The notes: generated by a model not told the origin, from the letters alone. A stretch of 64,000 nt of DNA from an uncultured Pseudomonadota bacterium (GCA_963817785.1 CAWFPL010000001.1:19466-83465), one strand, 5' to 3'; shown: positions 53,005-62,657, counted from the first letter of the stretch. A program made the numbers and translations.

Positions 53005-55728
53005 TCATTGCGCTCTCCGCAGCGAGACGCGCACCACGTCGGCACCGGAGCCGGTGGCGTCGGTGAGCGCGAGCGACATCGGCACCAGCTTGTTCATGCT
53101 CGGCATTTCGAAGTCCTTGGCGAACGGCGTCGCCCAGTGGTCGAACTGCCCGAGCAGCAGCAGGGTATCGGGCCGGATTCCCTGGCGCAGCACCGCGTGC
53201 GCGCGCACGCTCGCCTTGGGCGTGGCGATCTCGACCAGATCGCCCTCGGCGACGCCGAGCCGCCCGGCGGTCTGCGCGTTCAGGATCACGCCCTTGTGGC
53301 CGGCGATGTTGTCGGCGACCTCCTTGATGAGCTGCATGCCGACGTTGCCGCCCCAGGCGTACTGCATGCTGCGGCTGGTGATCAGCCAGTAGGGATAATC
53401 CTCCGGCTGGCCGCCCATGCTGCGCAGGGACGCTTCCCACAGCCCCGGGAAATCCTTCCACGCCGGCAAGGCCTGGTACTCGGTGAGCTGCGTGTCCCAC
53501 CAATGCATCTCGTGCTCGTGCAGCCGGCGCTCGAGCTCCTTGCCGACGCGCAGCAGGCGCTCCTGGTAGGGCAGCTCGAAGCGCAGGCCGAGCGCGGCCA
53601 GCGTCGGGTACAGGTACCAGTCGCGGCGCGAGAAGGCTTTGGTGCGCAGGCCGTGTTCGCGCCACCAGTCGAGGCCGTGCGACTCGGCGCCTCCGGTCAC
53701 CTCGGCGCTCGCCGCGCGGCAGACCGCGTCCCAGATTTCCTCGGTCCCATGGGCTTCGGAAGCGCTCAACGAGAAATCCCACGCGTCCGTTTTCAGGGCC
53801 ACGCCCGCGACGCCGCGGTTGATCGCCGAGTTGTACTTCTCCAGCAGGCCCATGCGGCGCGCGAGCTCGGTGGCGATGTCGCTGAAGTCGCGCGCCTCGC
53901 CCCGAGGCGCGACGGCAGGCTGGCGCAGGGCGAAGCCCTCGCAGTCCCAGAACTGCTCGATGAACTTGGAGCCGCCGATGCGGATCAGCTGCAGGCTCTC
54001 CAGGTCCATCGCGTCGGGCAGCAGGATGTCGGCGAAATGGTTGGTCTCGTCCAGCGTATAGGCGAACGCCACCGTGAACGGGAAGCGCGCCATACGCTCG
54101 CCGAGCCGCTCGGTGTCCCAGAACGAGATCGCCGGGTTGGTCCGATAGACGAACCAGACCTCGGGCAGGGTCACGCGCGGCAGCCCGGGGGGCGTCTCGT
54201 CGAGGAACATCCACGAGAAGTGCGTCGGCCCGAGCGCCTGGCTCCACGGCCCGTCGGCCGCCAGCGGCACCATGGTGCGGTAGGCGTTGCGGATGTTGGG
54301 CCGCGCGCTCCAGTGCTCGCGGTCGGTGGGGTTGAGCGGATAGGCCATGAAGCCGTCCGGGCCGGGCCTGACGCTCTTCAGCCGCTCGCCGAGGGGCTTG
54401 TTCAGCCGCACCGTGGTGCCGAGAATCCCGCCGGGTACCTCGAGGCCGCCGACCAGCGCCGCGAGCAGCGTGCGCGCCCAGCAGCATTCGAAGCCGCCCC
54501 AGCCGTTGGTCACCGTCTTGCCGAGGGTCACCGCGACCGGACGGTACGGCAGCACCTGGCCGTCGATCTCGATCGTCGCGCCGACGCGCGCCGCGTCCAG
54601 GTACTCGCCCGCGATGCGCCGGATCGTCGCGGCCGGGACTTCGCACACGCCCGCGGCCCACTCCGGGGTATAGGTGCGCTGGTGCGCGACCAGCCTGGCG
54701 AACGCGGTCTCGCCCTCGAGGCGGCCTTGCGCGAGGAGGTCGCCGTCCGGCCCGATCTCGACCGCCTCGGTGCTGTAGCGGCCTTCGAGCGCGGGCTCGA
54801 TGTCGGGCGTGTCGAAGGCCACCGCCGCGGCGCGCCTCGCGTCCCAGACCAGCGGCTTGCGGGTCGCCGCGTCGCGCAGGTAAAAGCCGTTCGGCCCGAC
54901 CAGGTAGGGGGAGGAGGTGCGCTGCGAGAGAAAAGCGAGGTCGAGCCGCTCGCGCGCCTTCTCGTGCAGCAGGACGTGGAGCAGCGCGAACAGGAACGCG
55001 GCGTCGGTCTTGGGCTTGATCGGCACCCACTCCGCCGAGCAGGCGCCGGTCACCGACAGGTGCGGCTCGACCTGCACGCGCTTCATGCCGCGCTCGCGCG
55101 CGTTGGCGTGGCGCCAGACTCCGGCCACGCCGCCGGAGGCCTCGATGTTCGCCCCGCAGGAGATGATGTAGTCGCACGAAGGCGTGTCGGCCGACACGGT
55201 GAAGCCGCGGTGCCAGAACTCTCCGTACAGGTGCTCGGAGTGGTAGCACTTCACGCCCTGGCCGGAGCCGAAGCCCATGTCCATCGGCCCCCAGGCCGAC
55301 AGGAACGCCGGGAAGGTGCCCATGTACCACTGCGGCGTGCCGCCGCCGCCGAAGCTCGCCGCGACGCGCGGGTAGCCCGACTCGTCGAGCAGCCCCCTGG
55401 CGCGCACCTCGCCGAGCCTGGCGGTGATCGCCTCGAATGCCTCGTCCCAGGAGATCGGCACGAAGCCGGGGTCCTCGTTGCGGCCCTTCTTCGGATTGGT
55501 GCGCTTCATCGGCCGCAGCACGCGGTTCGGGTTGTACAGCTTCTGCACCAGTCCGTAGGCCTTGACGCACACCTTGCCGCCGCCGGGATGCACCTCCGCG
55601 GCGTCGAAGTTGGGCTCGACTTCGGTGGCGACGCCGTCGCGCACCTTGACCGTGAGCAGGTCGGGACCCGCGACGCACTGATAGCAGTAGGTCTGGATCT
55701 TGCGCGGCGCGTTCGCGTCTGCGGTCAT
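53005..55728 (-). CDS. Molybdopterin (bis-MGD) oxidoreductase catalytic subunit, no Tat signal (PadB-like, phenylacetyl-CoA:acceptor oxidoreductase candidate)
   Basis: ~907 aa. N-terminal TYCYQCVAGPD...GKVCVKA Fe-S region. Long DMSO-reductase-family body. The ATG at 55728 has GAGGA 4 nt upstream (alternatives are 55743 and the TTG at 55770). The substrate call rests on neighbours and subunit sizes. Confidence 0.75.
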   Translation of the reverse strand: MTADANAPRKIQTYCYQCVAGPDLLTVKVRDGVATEVEPNFDAAEVHPGGGKVCVKAYGLVQKLYNPNRVLRPMKRTNPKKGRNEDPGFVPISWDEAFEAITARLGEVRARGLLDESGYPRVAASFGGGGTPQWYMGTFPAFLSAWGPMDMGFGSGQGVKCYHSEHLYGEFWHRGFTVSADTPSCDYIISCGANIEASGGVAGVWRHANARERGMKRVQVEPHLSVTGACSAEWVPIKPKTDAAFLFALLHVLLHEKARERLDLAFLSQRTSSPYLVGPNGFYLRDAATRKPLVWDARRAAAVAFDTPDIEPALEGRYSTEAVEIGPDGDLLAQGRLEGETAFARLVAHQRTYTPEWAAGVCEVPAATIRRIAGEYLDAARVGATIEIDGQVLPYRPVAVTLGKTVTNGWGGFECCWARTLLAALVGGLEVPGGILGTTVRLNKPLGERLKSVRPGPDGFMAYPLNPTDREHWSARPNIRNAYRTMVPLAADGPWSQALGPTHFSWMFLDETPPGLPRVTLPEVWFVYRTNPAISFWDTERLGERMARFPFTVAFAYTLDETNHFADILLPDAMDLESLQLIRIGGSKFIEQFWDCEGFALRQPAVAPRGEARDFSDIATELARRMGLLEKYNSAINRGVAGVALKTDAWDFSLSASEAHGTEEIWDAVCRAASAEVTGGAESHGLDWWREHGLRTKAFSRRDWYLYPTLAALGLRFELPYQERLLRVGKELERRLHEHEMHWWDTQLTEYQALPAWKDFPGLWEASLRSMGGQPEDYPYWLITSRSMQYAWGGNVGMQLIKEVADNIAGHKGVILNAQTAGRLGVAEGDLVEIATPKASVRAHAVLRQGIRPDTLLLLGQFDHWATPFAKDFEMPSMNKLVPMSLALTDATGSGADVVRVSLRRAQ

Positions 55729-55766
55729 GCGGTCCTCGGCCATGGGGTGCAGGGGCAGGATGCTTC

Positions 55767-56180
55767 TCAACCCCGTGTCGCCTTCGCCTTCTGCGCCTTG
55801 GCCGCGAGGCGCTGTTCGGTCGCCTTGACGTCGACCACGAAGCGCGCGTGCTTGCCGCGGCAGATCGTGTCGACGCCGTCCGAGCCGCTGATCTCGAAGG
55901 TGACCGCGCGCCCTTTCACCTCGGCGACCTTGGCTTCCAGGCGCACGGTCATCCCGAGCAGCGTCGGCGCGGTGTGATCGAGCTCGACGCGCGTGCCGAC
56001 CGAATCCTCGCCGGGGTCGAGGTACTGGAGCAGGAACTCGCGGCAGGCGATCTCGATGTCGCGCACCACCATCGGCGTGGCGTAGACGCGGGCGGCCTCG
56101 CCCATGAAATCGATGGTGCGCTCGCGGTCCACGCCGAAGGTGCGCGTGGTGGCAAGGCCGGGAACGAGCGTCTTCTTCAT
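55767..56180 (-). CDS. Hotdog-fold acyl-CoA thioesterase
   Basis: 137 aa from the internal ATG (MKKTLVPGLATTRTF...YATPMVVRDIEIACREFL...GTRVELDHTAPT). Fluoroacetyl-CoA-thioesterase-like hotdog pattern. Confidence 0.65.
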   Translation of the reverse strand: MKKTLVPGLATTRTFGVDRERTIDFMGEAARVYATPMVVRDIEIACREFLLQYLDPGEDSVGTRVELDHTAPTLLGMTVRLEAKVAEVKGRAVTFEISGSDGVDTICRGKHARFVVDVKATEQRLAAKAQKAKATRG

Positions 56181-56278
56181 GATAGCCCTCTTTTTGAACA
56201 AGCGTTCATACGACCACGCCTGCGCGCCCGGCGGTTTGATCCACGTCAACCCAGCGCGAGCGCACCCTGTCCGGCGTG

Positions 56279-56980
<702 letters not shown>

Positions 56981-56981
56981 T

Positions 56982-57746
56982 TCAGCTCTCGCCCACGCCG
57001 AGGTACGCCTCGACCACGCGCGGGTCGCTGCGCACGGCGGCCGGGTCGCCCTCGGCGAGCGTGCGGCCGTAGTCGAGCACCAGCACGTGGTCGGACACGC
57101 CCATCACGAGCTTCATGTTGTGCTCGACCAGGACCACCGTGATCCCGCGCCGGGCGAGCTGCTGGATGAGGCGGTCGACCTGCTGCGTCTCGGTGGCGTT
57201 GAGACCGGCGGCCGGCTCGTCGAGCAGCAGCACCTTCGGATCCGCGGCCAGCGCGCGCGCGATCTCCAGGCGCTTGAGCGCGCCGTAGGGCAGGCCGTCG
57301 GCGCTCGCGTGCGCGTGCTGCTCGAGGCCGACGAAGGCGAGCAGCTCGAGCGCCTGCTCGCGGCAGGCGCGCTCGGCGCGCACCAGACTCGGGAAGCGCA
57401 GCAACGCGGCGGCGAGGCTGCAGCGCTCGTGCAGGTAGCGCCCGGCCATCACGTTCTCGAGCGCGCTCATGTTGAAGAACACCTGCAGGTTCTGGAAGGT
57501 GCGGCCGATGCCGGCCGCGGCGAACTCGTGCGGCGCCCGGCCGGTGATCTCGCGCGCGCCGATCCAGATGTGCCCGGCGCTCGGGCGGTAGATGCCGGTA
57601 AGCAGGTTGAGCAGCGTGGTCTTGCCGGCACCATTCGGGCCGATGATCGAGTACACCGTTCCCGGCGCGACCGCGAGGCCGACCGCGTCGAGCGCATGCA
57701 GGCCGCCGAACTCCTTGCACAGACCCTCGGCGCGCAGCAGGCTCAC
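56982..57746 (-). CDS. livG: ABC transporter ATP-binding protein (LivG family)
   Basis: GTG start at 57746 overlapping the livM stop. GPNGAGKTT, LPYGALKRLEIARAL, LLLDEPAAG. Confidence 0.9.
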   Translation of the reverse strand: MSLLRAEGLCKEFGGLHALDAVGLAVAPGTVYSIIGPNGAGKTTLLNLLTGIYRPSAGHIWIGAREITGRAPHEFAAAGIGRTFQNLQVFFNMSALENVMAGRYLHERCSLAAALLRFPSLVRAERACREQALELLAFVGLEQHAHASADGLPYGALKRLEIARALAADPKVLLLDEPAAGLNATETQQVDRLIQQLARRGITVVLVEHNMKLVMGVSDHVLVLDYGRTLAEGDPAAVRSDPRVVEAYLGVGES

Positions 57747-58693
57747 CGCGCGGCCTTGCGCCGGAACAGCGCCGCGAGGCTGGGCACGATGCCCCGCGGC
57801 ATGAAGATCATGGTGAACATCATCACCGCCCCGAAGACCACCATCTCGTAGTCCTTGAGCACGGTGAGCAGCTGGGGCAGCGTGGTGAGCAGCGCGGCGC
57901 CGACCACGGCGCCGAACACCGAGGCCATGCCGCCGAACACCACCATGGTCACCAGCTCGATCGAGCGCAGGAAGCTGCCCTGCCCCGGCGTGATGAAGCC
58001 GGAGTAATGCGCCGTCAGGCCGCCCGCCGCTGCCGCCAGCACCGCCGAGAGGACGAACGCCGCGACCTTGTGCTGCGCGCTGTCGATGCCGATCATCTGC
58101 GCGGCGATCTCGGAGCCGTGCAGCGCGCGCAGCGCCCGGCCGCGCGGCGATTCGATCAGGTTGAGCGCGAGCCAGACGCAGCCCACGAGCAGCGCGCCCA
58201 CCAGCCAGTACCACCCCCTCTCGCCGCCGAGCGCGTGGCCGAAGAGCGCGAGCGGCGGCACGCTCATGCCGTCGGGCCCCCCGGTCAGGCGATCCTCGGT
58301 GGTGAGCACGATCGAGATGATGACCCCCATGCCGAGCGTCGCCATGGCGAGGTAATGGCCCCTGAGGCGCAGGATCGGGCGGCCGATGAGCCAGGCGAGG
58401 AGCGCGACGCCCGCGACCGAGGCCGGGAGCGCCGCGAGCGGCGGCCAGCCGTAGCGCGCGGCGAGGATCGCCGAGCCGTAGCCGCCGAGGGCGAAGAAGC
58501 CGGCATGTCCGAGGCTGATCTGCCCGGCGTAGCCGATCAGCAGGTTCAGTCCGACGCAGACGATCGCGTTCAACCCGACCAGGACCGCGACGTCGTAGAG
58601 GTAGCCGTTGACTAGGCCGAGCGGCAGCAGCGCCACCACCAGCGCGAGCGCGAGCAGGCCTCCGGTGCGCGGCGTGCGGAGCCTGGCGAGCAT
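57743..58693 (-). CDS. livM: ABC transporter permease (LivM family)
   Basis: 316 aa polytopic. GQISLGHAGFFALGGY motif. Confidence 0.88.
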   Translation of the reverse strand: MLARLRTPRTGGLLALALVVALLPLGLVNGYLYDVAVLVGLNAIVCVGLNLLIGYAGQISLGHAGFFALGGYGSAILAARYGWPPLAALPASVAGVALLAWLIGRPILRLRGHYLAMATLGMGVIISIVLTTEDRLTGGPDGMSVPPLALFGHALGGERGWYWLVGALLVGCVWLALNLIESPRGRALRALHGSEIAAQMIGIDSAQHKVAAFVLSAVLAAAAGGLTAHYSGFITPGQGSFLRSIELVTMVVFGGMASVFGAVVGAALLTTLPQLLTVLKDYEMVVFGAVMMFTMIFMPRGIVPSLAALFRRKAAR

Positions 58694-58703
58694 GCCGGCG
58701 CGC

Positions 58704-59579
58704 TTACACGCGCTCGGCGGCGCGCCGCCCGAGAAGGCCGCTCGGCATGAGCATGAGCACCGCCAGGATGATGACGAAGGCGATGGCGTCCTTGTAGGCC
58801 GAGGACACGTAGCCCGCGGCGAGCGCTTCCGCCAGGCCGAGCACCAGTCCGCCCAGCACCGCGCCCGGACCGCTGCCCAGGCCGCCGAGGATCGCCGCGG
58901 CGAAGCCCTTCAGGCCGAGCATCACGCCGACGTCCCACGAGGTGAAGGTGATCGGCGCGACCAGGATGCCGGCGAGCGCGCCGAGCGCGGCCGACAGGCC
59001 GAAGGACGCGAGCAGCACGTAGCGCACGCTGATGCCCACGAGCTGGGCGGCGAGCCGGTTGTGCGAAGTGGCGAGCATCGCCTTGCCGTACAGCGTGCGA
59101 TTGAAGAACCACCACAGGGCGCCCAGGATCGCGAGCGAGACGCCGAGCACCCACAGGCTCTGCGGCAGCAGCGTCGCGCCGCCGAGCGCGATCGGCTGGT
59201 CTCCGGTGAATGAGGGCAGCGGGTGGAGGTTCTTGTCCCAAAGCAGCGCCGCCAGCCCGCGCAGCAGGATCGAGGCGCCGATGGTGATGATGATCAGCGT
59301 CACCACCGAGGCGTTGCGCGCCGGCTCGACCGCCAGCTTGGCGAGCGCCAGTCCGACCAGGGTGGTGGCCGCCACCGCGGCGAGCGCCGCCAGCGGCAGC
59401 GGCAGGCCGAGGTGCAGGAACGACACCGTGGCCATGCCGCCGATCATCACGAACTCGCCCTGGGCGAAGTTGATGACCTGGCTCGCGTTGTAGATGATCG
59501 AGAAGCCGAGCGCCACCAGCGCGTAGATCGCGCCGGCGGTGAGGCCCGCGAACAGGAACTGCAGCAGCTGTGCGCTCAT
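58704..59579 (-). CDS. livH: ABC transporter permease (LivH family)
   Basis: 291 aa. INFAQGEFVMIGGM motif. Confidence 0.88.
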   Translation of the reverse strand: MSAQLLQFLFAGLTAGAIYALVALGFSIIYNASQVINFAQGEFVMIGGMATVSFLHLGLPLPLAALAAVAATTLVGLALAKLAVEPARNASVVTLIIITIGASILLRGLAALLWDKNLHPLPSFTGDQPIALGGATLLPQSLWVLGVSLAILGALWWFFNRTLYGKAMLATSHNRLAAQLVGISVRYVLLASFGLSAALGALAGILVAPITFTSWDVGVMLGLKGFAAAILGGLGSGPGAVLGGLVLGLAEALAAGYVSSAYKDAIAFVIILAVLMLMPSGLLGRRAAERV

Positions 59580-59634
59580 GAAATCCGCACGCCGCGCGGC
59601 GCACCGGCTGCCCGGTGCCCGCGCGCGGCCGAAT

Positions 59635-60798
59635 CTACTTCACCAGCGTCCAGTCGCCGTTCTTGATCTCCAGCATGCGGAACGCCGACAGGTTGAGCCC
59701 CATGTGGTCGGTCGGCGAAAAGTTGAACTCGCCGTCGATGCCCATGAAGCCGTGGATGTGCTCGAGCGCGTCGCGCACCTTGGCCTTGTCGGTGGTGCCG
59801 GCGTTCTTCATCGCCAGGGTGATCAGCATCAGCCCGTCGTAGGCGTGGCCGCCGAAGGTGGCCACGTCCTGCTTGTAATGCGACTCGAACGCCTGCTTGT
59901 AGTCCTCCACCACCTTCTTCTGCGGGTCGCTGGCGGGCAGCGTGTCGGCCACCAGCAGCGCCGCGGCGGGCAGCCGCACGCCGTCGGCGGCGCCGCCGGC
60001 GAGCTTGATGTACACCTTGGAGGCGACCCCGTGCGACTGGTACAGGGGCACCTTCATGCCGATCTGGCGGAAGTTCTTGGTGACGATCGCCGGCCCGGCG
60101 CCGAAGCCGCAGTTGAGCACCGCCTGGATCTGCGCGTTCTGCCGCAGCTTGGTGAGCTGCGCGGTCATGTCGGTGTCCTGGGCGCCGTAGGTCTCGTCGC
60201 CCACGATGTCGATGCCGTACTTGGGCGCGACCTTCATGCATTGCGCGCGCATCGACTTGTCGAAGGCCCCCGAGCCGGAAATGAGCCCGATCCTGGAGAT
60301 GCCGCGGGTGCGCATGTCGCCGAAAATCTTCTCGCACGCCATGCGGTCGGTGGCCGGCGTCTTGAACACCCACTTCCTCACCGGCTCGACGATCTCGACC
60401 GCGCCGGCCAGCGAGATGAACGGGATCTGCGCCTGCTCGACCAGCGGGATCACGGCCAGGGTCTCGCCGGTGGTCGAGCCGCCGACGATCGCGTCGACCT
60501 TGTCCTCGTCGATCAGCCGCTTGACGAAGGTGCGCGCCTTCTCGGCGTCGCCCGCGGAGTCGTAGGACACGAGCTCGAGCTTGCGCCCGAGCACGCCGCC
60601 CGCGGCGTTGATCTTGTCGACGTACAGCTCGAGCGTTTTCTGCTCGGGGTCGCCGAGAAACGCCGCCGGCCCGGTGACCGAGAGAAAGGCGCCGATCTTG
60701 ATCGGTGGCTGCGCGTGCGCCGCGAATGCGAGGGCGAGGCCCGCGGCGGTGAGGCAGAAAGACCGCCCGAGGGCGGCAAAGCGATGCTTGATCCCCAT
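59635..60798 (-). CDS. Periplasmic substrate-binding protein, LivK/type-I PBP family (ligand probably an aromatic or other organic acid)
   Basis: Internal ATG at 60798 behind AGGAGGAG. Signal peptide ...LALAFAAHAQ. IKIGAFLSVTGPAAFLG. Confidence 0.88.
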   Translation of the reverse strand: MGIKHRFAALGRSFCLTAAGLALAFAAHAQPPIKIGAFLSVTGPAAFLGDPEQKTLELYVDKINAAGGVLGRKLELVSYDSAGDAEKARTFVKRLIDEDKVDAIVGGSTTGETLAVIPLVEQAQIPFISLAGAVEIVEPVRKWVFKTPATDRMACEKIFGDMRTRGISRIGLISGSGAFDKSMRAQCMKVAPKYGIDIVGDETYGAQDTDMTAQLTKLRQNAQIQAVLNCGFGAGPAIVTKNFRQIGMKVPLYQSHGVASKVYIKLAGGAADGVRLPAAALLVADTLPASDPQKKVVEDYKQAFESHYKQDVATFGGHAYDGLMLITLAMKNAGTTDKAKVRDALEHIHGFMGIDGEFNFSPTDHMGLNLSAFRMLEIKNGDWTLVK

Positions 60799-60995
60799 GG
60801 TTCTCCTCCTGGAGTGGTGGCTTCCGTTTACCGCCGGCGGCCATATCGCACCCGTTCCGCGCCCGCGGGCGCGGTCTCGTACAATACGGCCTGGGTGTAC
60901 CGGCGGCATTCCGGTACTGAAAAGCGTATTTGGACCCTAGCAGGATCGATAGCGGGCGGTTTGATCTGGCTCAAGAAAAGCGGAGCGGCACGCCG

Positions 60996-61481
60996 GTGCG
61001 CGGCGGGAATCTCGTGAAGGGCGGGTCGCGGGAGGGCGGGCCACGGCCGGCGCGCGTGCGCGGCGCGCAGCCGGAGGACCTCGCGCAGGTGATCCAGATC
61101 GACGCCGGAGTCACCGGGCTGCGCAAGCCGGCCTACTGGGCGGAGATCCTGCAGCGCTACGGCAGCGGCCGCCGGCAGCGCTACTTCCTGGTGGCCGACT
61201 CGGGCGGGCGCATCGAGGGCTTCATCATCGGCGAGGTGCGCGACTGGGAGTTCGGCTCGCCGCCGTGCGGCTGGGTGTTCGCGATCAGCGTGCGCCCGGA
61301 CGCCCGCCTCGGCGGGGTCGCGACGCGGCTGCTCGAGGCGATTTCCGACTGCTTCCGGCGCGCGGGGGTGACCACGCTGCGCACCATGCTGTCGCGCGAC
61401 AACAACCTGATCCTCTCGTTCTTCCGCAGCCAGGGCATGATGGCCGCGCCGTTCATCGCGCTGGAGAAGGAACTCGAATGA
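60996..61481 (+). CDS. GNAT-family N-acetyltransferase (paralogous to the domains of the tandem GNAT at 48528..49559)
   Basis: VRPDARLGGVATRLLEAI acetyl-CoA loop and the EFG motif shared with the tandem GNAT. Start uncertain (GTG 60996 or 61014; the track gives 60930). Confidence 0.7.
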   Translation: MRGGNLVKGGSREGGPRPARVRGAQPEDLAQVIQIDAGVTGLRKPAYWAEILQRYGSGRRQRYFLVADSGGRIEGFIIGEVRDWEFGSPPCGWVFAISVRPDARLGGVATRLLEAISDCFRRAGVTTLRTMLSRDNNLILSFFRSQGMMAAPFIALEKELE

Positions 61482-61488
61482 GGTCGGC

Positions 61489-61974
61489 TTGAGGCTGCAG
61501 AAAAATACGCTGCTCGCGCTCTACAGCGTGCTCGAGTTCGCGGCCAATCCGGAGCGCCAGCTCGCGGCCGCCGAGATCGCGCGCAAGTACCGCGTCTCGC
61601 CGCATCACCTGGCGAAGGTGCTGCGCACGCTCGGGCGCGCGAAGCTCCTGGGCGCGGTGCGCGGCGTGGGCGGGGGCTACCGCTTCACCGGCAACGCCAA
61701 GCGCCTCACGCTGATGGACGTGATCGAGCTGTTCGAGGACATCAGCGCGCGCTCGGCGGCGCTGCCGCGCGGAGTACGGCGTACGGCGCCGGCGGCCGGC
61801 GCGTCGCCGTTCGAGGTGGACGAGGCGCTCGGCGTGGTGCTCGGCGAAATCGACGAGATCGCCAGGGCGACCTTCCGCTCGATCACGCTCGCGACGATGC
61901 TCAAGCTGATCGAGCGGAGGAGGGGGACGCGCGGGGGTGAGAAGCCCTCGCGGAGCGGCGGCCCGGCGCGTTAG
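61489..61974 (+). CDS. Rrf2-family transcriptional regulator (BadM-like context), no Cys ligands
   Basis: TTG start. MRLQKNTLLALYSVLEFA...AEIARKYRVSPHHLAKVLRTLGRAKLLGAVRGVGGGYRF winged HTH. The protein contains no cysteine. Confidence 0.85.
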   Translation: MRLQKNTLLALYSVLEFAANPERQLAAAEIARKYRVSPHHLAKVLRTLGRAKLLGAVRGVGGGYRFTGNAKRLTLMDVIELFEDISARSAALPRGVRRTAPAAGASPFEVDEALGVVLGEIDEIARATFRSITLATMLKLIERRRGTRGGEKPSRSGGPAR

Positions 61975-62657
61975 CGCGGGCCCCAGCCGCCGCGCCAGCC
62001 GCGCTGCAGCTGCTCGCGCTGCTCCTTGGTGAGCACTGCGTCGATCTTCTTGCGCGCCTCGAGCCCGTTTTCGAACATCTGCTTCCTAGTGTCCGCTTCC
62101 GCCTGATACGCCTTGAGCGCTGCGGCGTCGTCCGCCTTGCCGGAGTCGTAGGTCTCGGCGAGCTTGAAGCGCTGCTCGCGTAGCGTTTCCATCAGTGCCC
62201 ACTGCTTCCGTGTGGTTTCTTCCTGGATGCCGGCGATCTTCTTCTGCTGATCCTCGGACAGATTGAGCGCGCCGTAGCCGCCGGGACCGTAGCCTTGCAT
62301 CATTCCCGGTCCGTAGCCGCCGCGGGGCCCATAGCCGCCGCCCCAGCCGTAGCCCCCCATCATTCCAGGACTGTAGCCCCCACCCGGTCCGTAGCCCCCC
62401 ATCATGCCGGGGCCGTAGCCGCCACCCGGTCCGTAGCCCCCCATCATGCCGGGGCCGTAGCCGCCACCCGGTCCGTAGCCCCCCATCATTCCAGGACCGT
62501 AGCCGCCACCGGGGCCGTAGCCCCCCATCATGCCGGGCCCCATGCCGTAGCCCGGCCCGTAGTCCCCGCCCCAGGGTTGCGCGTGCGCGACCGTAACGCC
62601 CGCCGCAGCGATTGCAGCCGCCGCCAGCGAGAGCACCAGAACTCGTTTCATGGCCAT
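61971..62657 (-). CDS. Secreted Spy/CpxP/ZraP-like (LTxxQ) protein with Gly-Met-Tyr-Pro tandem repeats
   Basis: ATG at 62657 behind AGGAG. Signal peptide MAMKRVLVLSLAAAAIAAAGVTVAHA, ~6 copies of GPGMMGGYGPGGGY, then a helical C-domain with LSEDQ and LTKEQ motifs. Confidence 0.7.
   Translation of the reverse strand: MAMKRVLVLSLAAAAIAAAGVTVAHAQPWGGDYGPGYGMGPGMMGGYGPGGGYGPGMMGGYGPGGGYGPGMMGGYGPGGGYGPGMMGGYGPGGGYSPGMMGGYGWGGGYGPRGGYGPGMMQGYGPGGYGALNLSEDQQKKIAGIQEETTRKQWALMETLREQRFKLAETYDSGKADDAAALKAYQAEADTRKQMFENGLEARKKIDAVLTKEQREQLQRGWRGGWGPR
62272..62570 (-). repeat. 42-bp coding tandem repeat array (about 7 units, two adjacent units identical)
   Basis: Units 62389-62430 and 62431-62472 are identical (ccgtagccccccatcatgccggggccgtagccgccacccggt). 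CATCAT (Met-Met) recurs at 62358, 62400, 62442, 62484 and 62526 (42-nt period), plus 62298. Confidence 0.9.

Noticed and set aside
53005-55770. Selenocysteine recoding (in-frame TGA) in the Mo subunit, as in formate dehydrogenases
   Set aside because: The reading frame is uninterrupted, and no SECIS-like requirement is evident.
52732-55977. 1081-aa + strand ORF and 898-aa out-of-frame minus ORF (52982..55678) over the Mo-enzyme gene
   Set aside because: Only the 53005..55770 frame gives DMSO-reductase-family sequence. The others are Arg/Gly/Ala-rich shadows.
62272-62570. Regular 42-bp repeats that could be mistaken for a CRISPR array
   Set aside because: The units are contiguous with no spacers and lie in frame inside a signal-peptide-bearing ORF. 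They encode a 14-aa peptide repeat, and no cas genes are present.
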